From contig CAWIIV010000023.1 in the NCBI GenBank assembly GCA_963836205.1, positions 1-64,000 on the forward strand: DNA of 64,000 nt, read 5' to 3'. The translations under genes were made by a program, and so were the position numbers. The notes below the pieces were generated by a model that worked only from the letters and a program-made list of their open reading frames with translations, made no database searches and was not told the origin of the DNA. Shown piece after piece: positions 21,173-31,299 of the stretch (positions are counted from its first letter, which is position 1; each line of letters begins with the position of its first letter). Origin of the DNA: an uncultured Acidimicrobiia bacterium (lineage in GTDB: Bacteria > Actinomycetota > Acidimicrobiia > Acidimicrobiales > AC-14).

Positions 21173-23126
21173 TGGTAGTCAGGGGCGCGTTGCCGGCAAG
21201 GCCAGCACGTTTCCCCATCCCCCTTTCAATCCGTACGTGCGGTTTTCCCGCATACGGCTTTCCGACGATCTTCTGGACATGGTTACGACGCCTTCGGGTA
21301 GCGAATGGTGCCCATGAGCTGATGCAGGCCCTGGCCGTGGAACCAGGTGCGGGTCCAGCAGTCTGCCTGGCCTGCCCGTAGGTTGCGGCCCCGCTTCTTG
21401 ATGAGCAAGCGCTTGAGCCGCCACACGACGTGTCGGTCGAGGGAGACGAACTTATTCGCCGCGTTGCCGGTGCGGAAGTAGTTGCCCCACCCCCGCAGGA
21501 ACAGGTTGAGGTCGTAGATCACGTCCTCCAACTCCATGCCGACCCGGTTCCGGCCGGTGAGGGCCTTGACCCGCTGTCGTGCCCGCTTCATCGACCGCTG
21601 CGACGGCCAGCGGTGGAGGTAGTAGCGGATGACCCGCTGCTGTTCCCACAACCGGCCCGACATGCGGGCGTGAAGATGACAACCCAGGAAGTCGAAGCCC
21701 TCCTTGCCCTCCCGGAGGTCGACCACACGGGTCTTGTCCGGGTGCAGGCTCAGGCCGAGATCACCCAGCAGGGCCGCCGCCCTGGCCTGGGCCGTCTCGG
21801 CCTGGCTGCGGGTCGTGCACAGCACCACGAAGTCGTCCGCGTAACGGACGAGCTCGCCGGTGCCGGACTCGGCCCAGGACCGGTCGAAGGCGTGCAGGTA
21901 GATGTTGGCCAGCAGCGGGGAGATGACCCCGCCCTGGGGCGTGCCCGTGACCGTCTCGGAGCGCACCCCCTCGACCAGCACCCCGGCACGCAGCCACTGG
22001 CGGATGAGCTTGAGCACCCGCCGGTCCGACACACGCTCGCCGACCAGTGACAGCAGCCTGTCGTGGTCGATCTGGCCGAAGAAGTCGCGGATGTCGGCCT
22101 CGAAGACGAACTGCCGTCCTCGGGGGAAGGACACCCGGATGGCTTCCAGGGCGTCGGTGGCCGACCGCTTCGGGCGGAACCCGAAGCTCTGGGGCAGGAA
22201 ATCGGCCTCGAAGATGGGTTCGAGGACGATCTTGGCTGCCGCCTGGCACACCCGGTCGCGCACGGTGGGGATGCCCAGGGGCCGCATCCGGCCGTCGGGC
22301 TTGGGGATCTCCACCCGCCGAACAGGCGACGGGCGGTAGGTGCCTGCACGGAGGTCACGGGAAAGCTCGTCGAGCACGCGCCCGACCCCGTAGTCCTCCA
22401 CCGCCTCCAGGGTCAGTCGATCGACCCCGGCGGCGCCACGATTGGCTCGCACCCGCTCCCACGCCGTCCACAGCACGTCACTGCGGTGGATTCGGTCGAA
22501 CAGGGCGTGGAAGCGGCGACCCGGAGACTGCTTGGCCGCAGCCCATAGCCGGTTCTGGAGTTTCGCACGTTGTCGGTGGGCGGCTGCCCGCCGGGGGAGT
22601 TGGGCCGGGCGTTCCCGGCCATGCCCTGGCGCTTACTTCCGTCTCCGGCGTGACCGAAGTCGGGGCCCTTCCCTCCCGCCGGGTTCATCCCGGCGATCAG
22701 CGGTACTACGACCCCGTCGGACTCCCGCTGCGCTCCGCTCGATTTCACCACTGGCTTATACGAGCGGTCTTTGCTGACGAGGCTGCGCAGACGGGTCTCT
22801 CCTGTTCCGAACCTGACCGTGCGTACGTGCCGCTCCCCGTACCCCGAGGGGACCCGACCAGGGGCGTGTCCGGAACGCCAGTCGGTCGGACGTGGCCTTC
22901 GCCGTGACATGAGCGGCTCGGCTCCCCCGTTGTGCGTTTGACGAGGCTGCAGGACTCGCGCCTGGTGGCACTACGGCCCGCACGCTTGCTCCCTCCAAAG
23001 AGGCTCTTGACGCCCCGCTCAGCCCGCCGCCTCTCGGCGACGAACCGGGGCCTGCTACCGGGCTCTCCGGCGATTACCCGGGCGGGACTCGCACCCGCTG
23101 GTCTGGTCCAGTTCTCAGGACGCAAC
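21171..23126 (-). mobile_element. Group II intron inserted in the start codon of CHAT copy 1
   Basis: 5' end (G)TTGCG at 23126; domain V AAGCCGTATGCGGGAAAACCGCACGTACGGATT (21228-21260); 3' end ...CTACCAAT; internal RT ORF; removal restores a sequence matching the uninterrupted copy-2 start. Confidence 0.92.
21283..22622 (-). CDS. ltrA: Group II intron reverse transcriptase/maturase (no En domain); 1-nt deletion near 22562
   Basis: [55 protein letters not shown], domain X GWGNYF. Confidence 0.93.
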
Positions 23127-23172
23127 ATGGGCAGGACGATACCGGGGCCGGGGAACGAGCGCCGGGCATCTT

Positions 23173-24111
23173 TTAGCCCAGGGTGCCCAGCTCCGCGGTC
23201 AGGGTGAAACGGATCGGCTGACAGCCCGACACCGGCAGCACGACCAGGTCCCACGGGCCGGCGGTGCGCTCGCCCGCGATCAAAAGGGACTCGACCCGGT
23301 GCAGGTCACATCCGCCGCCGAGGCGTGAACCCAACGTCTCGATGCCCAGTGGCGTCATGGAGACGACGACGGGGACCGGCTCGCTGAGCGCAGGCTTTGG
23401 AACCGGCTTGGGCTCAACCTTGCCCCCGATGCCGTAGAGGGTAAGCGCCAGGCCTGTGGCGGCAGCCATGCCCCCCAACACCACGACCACGATGCCTCGG
23501 TTGAATTGCGTGCGGGCTCTCTCGAATCGTGCGACCCGGAGAAGGCCGTCGAGGGCGCGCTCGTGGCTGCGGAGGGTGCCCGACACCGCTTGGTGGGCGC
23601 GCTCGTTCCTCGCCCGAGACTCCGGGCTTTGGGACTGGGCGGCGGCGTTGGCGGCGGTCCTGATCGCGGCGAGACGGAGGTTGGCGATGGCGCTACGAAG
23701 GCTGTCCGGATCGGAGATCCCATCCGGGAGGAAGTCGCCGGGATGGTCGGCGAGGCCGCTCTCAAGCCGGCCAAGGCCGAAGAACGTCTGGCGGATCGGA
23801 CCCTCGCGTCGAGCCCGCAGTTGGTAAGCGAAGACCGCCCGGGGGACGAGGACGCTGGCCGTCGACGCGAACACGCCGGCCACCCCGGCGAGGGCGATCG
23901 CGCCGCCGGCGATCACATAGGCCAGCCTCCCGGGGGCGATGTCGCCGATACCAGCCAGGGGCGCGGTGCCGGCGATGACGGCCCCCACCGCCCCGAAGGC
24001 CACCACCAACCACTTGGCGACGTCTCGGTACCGGTCGACCGCCTCCGACCACTGGTCGGCACCCGTTCCCTCCGGGGCCGCGTCCGAGGGAGGAACAGGA
24101 GCGGTGGTCAC
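23173..24111 (-). CDS. Three-TM membrane protein, Pycsar-effector-like topology
   Basis: GTG overlapping the upstream TGA; TM1 (KWLVVAFGAVGAVIAG), TM2 ending VLVPR, helical linker, TM3 (GIVVVVLGGMAAATGLALTLYG). Confidence 0.7.
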   Translation of the reverse strand: MTTAPVPPSDAAPEGTGADQWSEAVDRYRDVAKWLVVAFGAVGAVIAGTAPLAGIGDIAPGRLAYVIAGGAIALAGVAGVFASTASVLVPRAVFAYQLRARREGPIRQTFFGLGRLESGLADHPGDFLPDGISDPDSLRSAIANLRLAAIRTAANAAAQSQSPESRARNERAHQAVSGTLRSHERALDGLLRVARFERARTQFNRGIVVVVLGGMAAATGLALTLYGIGGKVEPKPVPKPALSEPVPVVVSMTPLGIETLGSRLGGGCDLHRVESLLIAGERTAGPWDLVVLPVSGCQPIRFTLTAELGTLG

Positions 24112-24374
24112 ATCCGGACTACCCCGGGCCCTCCGCCACCAGGCGGATCCCCGGGATCTTCTGCGTCGGGGAAGTCCCCGGGCTCGAGCCACTCTCCGAG
24201 CACCGGATGGAAGATCCACGAGCCTCCGGTGGCAGACACGACCACTTCGTAAGGCGAAGGGCTCGCCGGAAACCATGCGCTGCGGCCCTCCGACCACGTC
24301 CACGAGCGGCCGGTGTTTTCGACGACATCGCCCTCGACCGAGCCAGGTGCCGACGGAGGACGGCGCTCAGCCAT
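24108..24374 (-). CDS. 88-aa Trp-repeat microprotein
   Basis: ATG overlaps the CHAT copy 2 stop and its TGA overlaps the next GTG; two internal VV..TG.SW.W/F......W repeats. Confidence 0.6.
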   Translation of the reverse strand: MAERRPPSAPGSVEGDVVENTGRSWTWSEGRSAWFPASPSPYEVVVSATGGSWIFHPVLGEWLEPGDFPDAEDPGDPPGGGGPGVVRM

Positions 24375-27300
24375 TGGACTCGATTCGACACACCACAGTG
24401 GCGAGGATCGCCGTGTCGATGGGGTCAAGGCCCTCCCAGTCAACGTCGGCGACGCCGTCGGCGAGCAGCCGCAGGCGGACGGCCAGGATCATTCCTTGGG
24501 CAGCAGCCTCGTCGAGGACGGCTCCGACCTCGGAGGCGGTGTCGTCGAGTTCGGGAGTCAGGGGGGTGCCGGCCCGGCGGGCGGTGCCGACGCGAGCCAC
24601 TGCCTCGAGGACGGGCCGCAATCCCTCGGGGGCAGGGTCGACGTCGACCTCCCCGGCAAGCGCGGCCAGCGCCCGGGAGATGACGGCGGTGTCGATGGGG
24701 TCGAGGCCCTCGACGAGGAGAGAGGGGTCACGTTCCCCGCCGGCGACGCGGCCCAGGCGTTCGGCCAGTGACGTCCAGTCGGGCTGCTCGGACCGTCGTG
24801 CGAGCTCGGCTCGAGGTGGGCCCGGGCGTGGGCGTTGCCGGCCCCGGCGGCGAGCACTAGTGCAAGGGTAGGTTCCCAGGCGGTGATCGAGGAGGCGTAG
24901 AGCGCATCCTCCGGCAAGTGCTGGGCCTCGTCGACCACGGCGGCCAGTACCTGATCGCCGCCACCACCGAGGGAATCCACCAGGGCCCGGAAACGGACGC
25001 CATCGACCTCCTCGACAGCGACGCACAGCTCGTCGAAGCTGGCCGGGGCAACGGCACCCGAGGCGAGCTGGCGACCGATAGCCGCCACGTCGGAGGGATA
25101 GTCGCCGTCGCCGGTGAGCAGGCTCAGCATGGTCGCCGCCAGGCGGTGGACGACGCTAGCCGACCCGCCCCCGGGGCCGCGAGCCACATAGTTGGCCAGG
25201 TTGTAGTGCGATACGGCCACTTCTCTCGGGTTGGGTCGCAAGTATTTGTAGCGCAGAGCCCGGCATTCGAGGGCGACGGCCTGGGGGCCGAAGCCCTGGC
25301 TTTGGGCGACATCGGCTTGGGCACTCAGGCAGACTCCGAGGAGGTCGAAGACGTCGTGGCGCTCATACACAGCCCGGCAGGCGGCGAGCACCTCGCTCGC
25401 TTCGGCGATGCGGCCGAGGCGGAGGAGGGGACCGTACGCGTTGAACCGGGTACCCGCCCGCTCTAGCTCAGGGGCGGCGCGGTTCTGCTTGCTGACAACG
25501 ATCCGATCGAGCCAAGCCAGCGCCTCCGGCCAGCGGCGGAGGTCGGTGGCGGTTCGCCGGGCGGTGTCGAACAGCCTCTCTCGCACGCTCCAGGGGTTTA
25601 CCGCCTCGTCGTCGCCGGAGGGGTCGGGCAGCTCCGCCAGGCGCTCGGCCAACCTGCTGGCTTCAGCCAAGACCTCCTCCCGCTGTCCGAGCACTCCCAG
25701 GACTTGGAGCCGCCTGGTCTGGTCCATTACCTGGGTCCACGGGCCGAGTCCGGCGGCCCGGGTATGGCCCGCCTGCCGCTCGATCACATCAAGGGCCTCC
25801 CGGTTCCGGCCCTGGGCCCGGAGAAGGTTGGCCAACCTGGCAGCGGTGCCTGACGCCACTCGGTGGCGACCGCTGGTGGCGGCCTCCGCCTCCACCCGGC
25901 GTAGCAGCGTCTCCGCCTCGGCCGGGTCGGTGTCGATGATGGCTCCGGCGAGCACCCCCAGCGCCAACAGCTCGGCGTCGGTGCCGGCAGCCTCGGCGGC
26001 GATGTGGCGCAGCTGGCGGGCGGCATCGGCCCGGTGGGCGGGGGAGGGATCCCGTCCTAACGCCAGCTCCAGCACGGCCTGCGCCAGCATCCAGTCCTGC
26101 AGCCGGATGAAGTAGGTGGCACCCTGACGGGCGGCGTGGATTACCCATCCAGTCATGGGCTGGCCGGCGGCCTCGTCGGCGAGCGCCCGTCGCAGGGTCG
26201 CATCCCAGGCTGCGGCCAGCTCGGTGTCGGCGGCGGCGGCGACCTCCTCAGGGGTGGCGGCAGCCACCGTCTCGGCCACGAGGGGGTGGATGGTGAAGGA
26301 ACTGCCGCCGGGGTCGGCCTCGACTAGGGCCGCCGCCATCAGGGCCTGGAGCACGGGGCCGGGCTCGGGGGCGGGCTCGGGCCGTCCCAGGCGCCGCCAC
26401 AGGTCCGCCCAGTTGACCCGAACCGTCTCAGGATCGCGATCGGCGGCGTCGGCCCGGACCAGGAACTGGAGCATCAGCACGGCTGCCTCGTCGAGGCCGG
26501 CCAGGGCCTGGTTGGCCCAGGAGCCGACCAGGGCCACGTAGCCCGCCACCTTGTCGACCCCACGCCCGGCGGCGGTCAGGAAGGCCGAGGGGTCGACGCC
26601 CTGTTGTTGCCACTGCTGGGCCGCATCGGCCAGCATGGCATCCAGCACCGGTCCGGTGCCGACCTGGGCGTTGGCCAGCTCCAGCAGCTTGGGGTGCCCG
26701 CCGGTGGCCTCCAGCACCGCCCGCACCAGGGCCGGGCCGCTGTCCCGGGTGGCCACCGTCTCCCCCTTCAGCAGGCGGGACAGGTTGGGCAGCTGGCGGG
26801 CCAGCAGCACCGCCTCGTGGGGGCCGAGGGCGTGGACGGCCTCCACCGCCAGCCCGTCGAGGCCGGTCGGGGGCCGGCGGGAGGTGAGCACCACCCGGCC
26901 CCGGCCCGGGTGGGTCACCAGGGCGGTGACGAGGGCCTTCCATCTCGGGTCGAGCCAGGACCCCTGGGCCGACAGCAGCGACTCGACGTTGTCGAGCACC
27001 ACCAGCACCGAGGTGTTCTCCATGGCCTCGCTGATCTGCTCGGCCAGGGCTTCGATCTGGTCGAGCTTGTCGGCCTTACCGGCCAGGGGCAGCCTCAGGG
27101 CGGTATCGAGGCGCCCGGCCAGCTTGCCCAGGGCGTCGGCCGCCTCCTTGTCGGTGCCGGTGCCCTCGTTGGGGCAGCGGCACCACACCAGCTCGGCGAA
27201 GTTGCCCCGCTGGCCGTAGGCCAGCTCCAGCGCACAGGCGGTCTTGCCCGCTCCGGCCATGCCGTGCAGCACCACCCCCCGCTGGGGGCTGTGGCGGGCC

Positions 27301-28544
27301 AGGGCGGCGTTGGCCCGGGTCATGACCGCCACCCGGCCCACGAAGCGGGCCGGCTCGGCGTCGAAGCCGGCCATCTTGAGGTCGGTCTGGGGGGTCCCCT
27401 CCGGCGGGGCCAGGTGCAGGGCGCCCGCCGCGGGGCCGAAGACGGCGGGGGTGAAGGCGGCCAGCGCGGGGGCGGCCGCGGTGGGGGGGAACGTGACTGA
27501 GCGCTCAAGGGCCCAGGCGGTGGCGGCGGCGGTGTCCTTGCCCTTGTCCCACAGGCCCCGGAACAGGGCCAGGCCGAAGGCGATGGCGAAGTCGTCGACC
27601 ACCGGGTAGCGCATGGCCACCACCGTGGTCTCGGCCCTGTCCATCACCTCCAGGGCCAGGCCGTGGCTGGCCCCCACCGTGGGCTCGGGGGCCAGGTCGT
27701 GGGCCTCGACGTCCATGTCCTTGAGGGTCTGGGCCACCACGAAGGCGCCGCTGGAGCAGGCCGACAGGCTCACCAGCTTGAGCCGGTGGCGGGCCTTGCG
27801 CAGCCACTTCACCAGCTCGGCGGTGTCGACCACGGTGGGCTTGCCGGCCTCGTCCTCCAGCATCAGGCGGCCGGGCTCGCCGTGGCCGGCGAAGTGGACC
27901 ACGTCCCAGCCCTCGTCCTCGTCGAGGGCCTCCCGCAGGCGCTCGGCGGTGGCCCCGTATTGCAGCACCCGCAGGTCCAGGGCCCGGGGTGTGCCCCCGC
28001 CCGCCACTTCGGCCACCAGCTCGCCCAGGCCCTTGCGCTCCCGGCGCAGGTCGAGCAGGGACTGGCCGGCTGGGACGGAGAACACGGCCAGGACCCGCAG
28101 GCGCTCGCCGACGGGGTCCTTCGCCACCACCTCCTGGCCCTCGAAGGAGCAGGCGAAGGCCACCCCGTGGGTGACCAGGTACTCGCCCCCCACCCGGGCC
28201 ACCCCCAGGGGCAGGCCCAGCAGCCACGGCGCCGACGCGGGGACCTGCACCGACACCGCCACCGGCGCCCGGTCGGCCAGGATCGGGGCCAGCGGGCCCA
28301 GCACGTGCTCGGCCGTCCAGTCCCCCACCTGGGCCACCAGCTTCTCCTCCGAGCCCAGCCGGTCGGCGGGGTCGAGGTGGGTGGACAGGCCGGTGGGCAG
28401 GTCGATCAGGGCCTGCCACTCCCAGGATTGGACGTCGACCGCCACCTGGTGGTGGGCGATCAACTTGTCGCCGGGACCGAGGAGGCGCCACAGCCACGAG
28501 CCCGGGCCCCCCACCTCGCTCGCCACCAGCCGCAACCCCGCCAT
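24367..28544 (-). CDS. CHAT-STAND-TPR protein, copy 2; 1-nt deletion near 24810 relative to copy 1
   Basis: Same motifs as copy 1 at offset 7372; the C-terminus continues in ORF 24367-25026. Confidence 0.88.
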
Positions 28545-28646
28545 AGCAACGGACGATACCGGGGCCGGAGAACAAGCGCCGGGCATCTCTCTAGCCCAGG
28601 GTGCCCATCGCCCGTAACGGCTTCCCCGACCGGGAGACTCTGACCC

Positions 28647-29369
28647 GTGCGCCAACTCCACCCCGAGGTGATCGACGACGTCGACCCGGTGGACGTGTAC
28701 GGCGACCTGCCGCGGGGCGTGCGGCTGAACATGATCGCCAGCGTCGACGGGGCCACGTCGGTCGAGGGGCTCTCGGGTGCCTTGGGCGGTGCGCCCGACC
28801 GGCGGGTGTTCGCCGCGTTGCGGTCGCTGGCCGACGTGATCCTCGTCGCCGCCGGCACCATGCGGGCCGAGGGCTACGGCCCGGCCCGGTTGCCGGAGAC
28901 GGTGCAGGCGGCCCGCCGGGAGCGGGGGCAGGCGCCGGTGCCGCCGATCGCTGTCGTCTCCCGGGCGTGTGCGCTCGACTGGGAGTCGCCGTTCTTCGCC
29001 GACGCCGCCGCGGCAGCCCGGCCGATCGTCGTGACGGTGGCCGACGCGCCCGCCGCCAACCGGGCCGCGGCCGCGGCGGTGGCCGAGGTGGTGGTCGCGG
29101 GCACCGGCAGCGTCGACCTGACCGCGGCCGTCGGTGCGCTCCGGGAGCGAGGGTTGCGGTCGGTCCTGGCCGAGGGCGGTCCGTCGCTCAACGGGCAACT
29201 GGCCGCGGCCGGCCTTCTCGACGAGCTGTGTCTCACGATGTCGCCGAAGATGGTCGGCGGCGACTCCCGCCGCATCCTCACCGGGCCCTACCTGCCCCAG
29301 CCGGTACCGATGACCCTCCGATCAGTGTGCGAGGACGACGGCTTCCTCTTCCTCCGCTACCGCCCATGA
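28647..29369 (+). CDS. RibD C-terminal-like pyrimidine reductase family protein
   Basis: NMIASVDG, LRSLADVILVAAGTMRAEGY, LAEGGPSLNG, LDELCLT. Confidence 0.88.
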   Translation: MRQLHPEVIDDVDPVDVYGDLPRGVRLNMIASVDGATSVEGLSGALGGAPDRRVFAALRSLADVILVAAGTMRAEGYGPARLPETVQAARRERGQAPVPPIAVVSRACALDWESPFFADAAAAARPIVVTVADAPAANRAAAAAVAEVVVAGTGSVDLTAAVGALRERGLRSVLAEGGPSLNGQLAAAGLLDELCLTMSPKMVGGDSRRILTGPYLPQPVPMTLRSVCEDDGFLFLRYRP

Positions 29370-30556
29370 CCCTCTCGTTCGGAAACCTGCTGGTGGTGGC
29401 GGTGATCGCGGTGAGCGCGCCCCTGCTCGTGGGCCTGGTCCCGCAGCTGCGGGTGCCGGCGGTTGTGCTGGAGATCGTGGCCGGGATCGTGGTCGGCCCG
29501 GCGGGCCTCGGGTGGGTCGAGGTCGACCTCCCTGTCGAGGTGCTGGCGCTGATCGGGTTGGCGTTCCTCCTCTTCCTGGCCGGGCTCGAGATCGACGTGG
29601 CCAAGCTGCGGGGTCCGATCCTCAAGACCGCGGGAACGGGCTTCGGGTTGACGCTCGCCCTCGGAGTGGCAGTGGGAGTGGCGTTCGCTGCGGTCGGGTG
29701 GGTGAGGTCGCCCCTGCTCATTGCCGTCGCCCTGTCGGCCACGTCGCTGGGGTTGGTGGTCCCGGTCCTGAAGGACGCGGGCCAGGCCGACCAGCCGGTC
29801 GGGCAACTGACGATCGCGGGGGCGTCGGTGGCCGACTTCGCCGCGGTCGTCCTGCTGTCGCTGCTGTTCTCCGAGAGCGAGGCCGGCGTCGGCGGGAAGC
29901 TGGTCCTCCTCGGACTCTTCGTCGTGCTGGCGGTGGTGACCGTGGTCGCCCTGGCCCGGCTCGAGCGGATCGCCCGCCTCGACATGGTTCTCGTTCGGCT
30001 GCAGGACACGACCGCCGAGATCCGGGTGCGAATCGCGGTGCTGCTCCTAATCGGCTTCGTGGCCCTGGCCGGACGGCTGGGGCTGGAGACGATCCTGGGG
30101 GCGTTCCTGGCCGGGGCGATCCTGAACATGGTCGACCGGGACACCGTCACCCACCCCAATTTCCACCTCAAGCTGGAGGCGATCGGCTACGGATTCGTGG
30201 TCCCCGTGTTCTTCGTGGCCAGCGGGTTGCGGTTCGACCTGGAGGCATTGCTCGACTCCCCGTCGGCTATCGCCCGGGTGCCGGTGTTCCTCCTGGGCCT
30301 CCTGATCGTCCGGGGCGTGCCCGCCGCGCTGTATGCGAAGACGGTGGGACGACGAAAGGCGGTGGCTGCGGGATTGCTCCAGGCAACCTCGCTGCCATTC
30401 CTCGTGACCGCCACCGAGATCGGGGTCGCGCTGGGCGAGATCAGACCGGTGACGGGAGCCGCGCTGGTCTCGGCGGGCTTGTTGTCTGTGGTGATCTTCC
30501 CGTTGGTGGCGGTGACGTTGCTCCGGGAATCGCCCGAGGCGGCCAGCGCGTCCTAA
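29366..30556 (+). CDS. Cation:proton antiporter (CPA2)
   Basis: Many TMs, FLAGLEID, ATSLG, LETILGAFLAG, PVFFVASG. Confidence 0.9.
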   Translation: MTLSFGNLLVVAVIAVSAPLLVGLVPQLRVPAVVLEIVAGIVVGPAGLGWVEVDLPVEVLALIGLAFLLFLAGLEIDVAKLRGPILKTAGTGFGLTLALGVAVGVAFAAVGWVRSPLLIAVALSATSLGLVVPVLKDAGQADQPVGQLTIAGASVADFAAVVLLSLLFSESEAGVGGKLVLLGLFVVLAVVTVVALARLERIARLDMVLVRLQDTTAEIRVRIAVLLLIGFVALAGRLGLETILGAFLAGAILNMVDRDTVTHPNFHLKLEAIGYGFVVPVFFVASGLRFDLEALLDSPSAIARVPVFLLGLLIVRGVPAALYAKTVGRRKAVAAGLLQATSLPFLVTATEIGVALGEIRPVTGAALVSAGLLSVVIFPLVAVTLLRESPEAASAS

Positions 30557-30587
30557 CGCCGCCCGCGGGACCCACCGACGCGGGAGG

Positions 30588-31010
30588 TCAGGTTCCCCAG
30601 ATGCGAGGGTCGACGACCATCGACTGCATGTCGCCCCAGGCGATCTTCTTCCGCAGCTTCTTGCGGGCGTAGGGCAGGACGAGGGTGAGGGCGGCGCCGT
30701 CGCGGTGCTCGAGGTCGACCCTGACGGCGTCGGACTCGATCGACTGGAGGTGCACGGCGGCCACCACCGCTCCCACCTTGAGCTCGAAGCGTTGGGCGGC
30801 CAGAACCTCGGACAGCGTGGTCAAGGCGTCCTCCGACCCGGCCGGCGCGGTCACCATCTCCGTCTCCCCCGCCTCGGTGAGCTTCACCGCGTAGGGGTAG
30901 AACGCACCCTGGCCCTCCAGCATCTTCTCGGCGAAGGCGATGGCCGCGGTCAACACCGTGTCCATCTCCGTCTTGGCCGACTCCGACAGCCCGTCACCCC
31001 AGTTGCTCAT
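30588..31010 (-). CDS. Hypothetical protein
   Basis: Coding-like ORF (AEKMLEGQGAFYPYA...VDLEHRDG...LPY). Confidence 0.7.
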   Translation of the reverse strand: MSNWGDGLSESAKTEMDTVLTAAIAFAEKMLEGQGAFYPYAVKLTEAGETEMVTAPAGSEDALTTLSEVLAAQRFELKVGAVVAAVHLQSIESDAVRVDLEHRDGAALTLVLPYARKKLRKKIAWGDMQSMVVDPRIWGT

Positions 31011-31047
31011 AGCCGGACATACTGGCGCGCAGGAGGATTCTCTGCCG

Positions 31048-31299
31048 ATGTCTCCCCAGGACGGGCCGCCCGAAGACGACCACCTCGAACAGCTCCGCCG
31101 GGAGATGGACACGTGGATCGTCGACCAGACGCTCGACGTGGCCGCCGAGGTCTACGACCCCAAGCGCCGCAACATCCACGAGCTCGACGAGGACGACATG
31201 CTCGAGCGCTTCCGCACCCTGCTCGGCTTCGACGTCAGCTGGGACCAGCCTCCGCCGGAGCCCCCGGAGCCGGAGACGAAGCCCGACGGATCAGCGTGA
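31048..31299 (+). CDS. Small acidic hypothetical protein
   Basis: AGGAGG upstream; high-GC codon pattern. Confidence 0.6.
   Translation: MSPQDGPPEDDHLEQLRREMDTWIVDQTLDVAAEVYDPKRRNIHELDEDDMLERFRTLLGFDVSWDQPPPEPPEPETKPDGSA

Noticed and set aside
16958-28544. Diversity-generating retroelement (RT beside near-duplicate genes)
   Set aside because: The RT has group II intron motifs (YADD, domain X) inside a ribozyme with domain V; paralog differences are not adenine-specific and no short TR/VR pair is seen.
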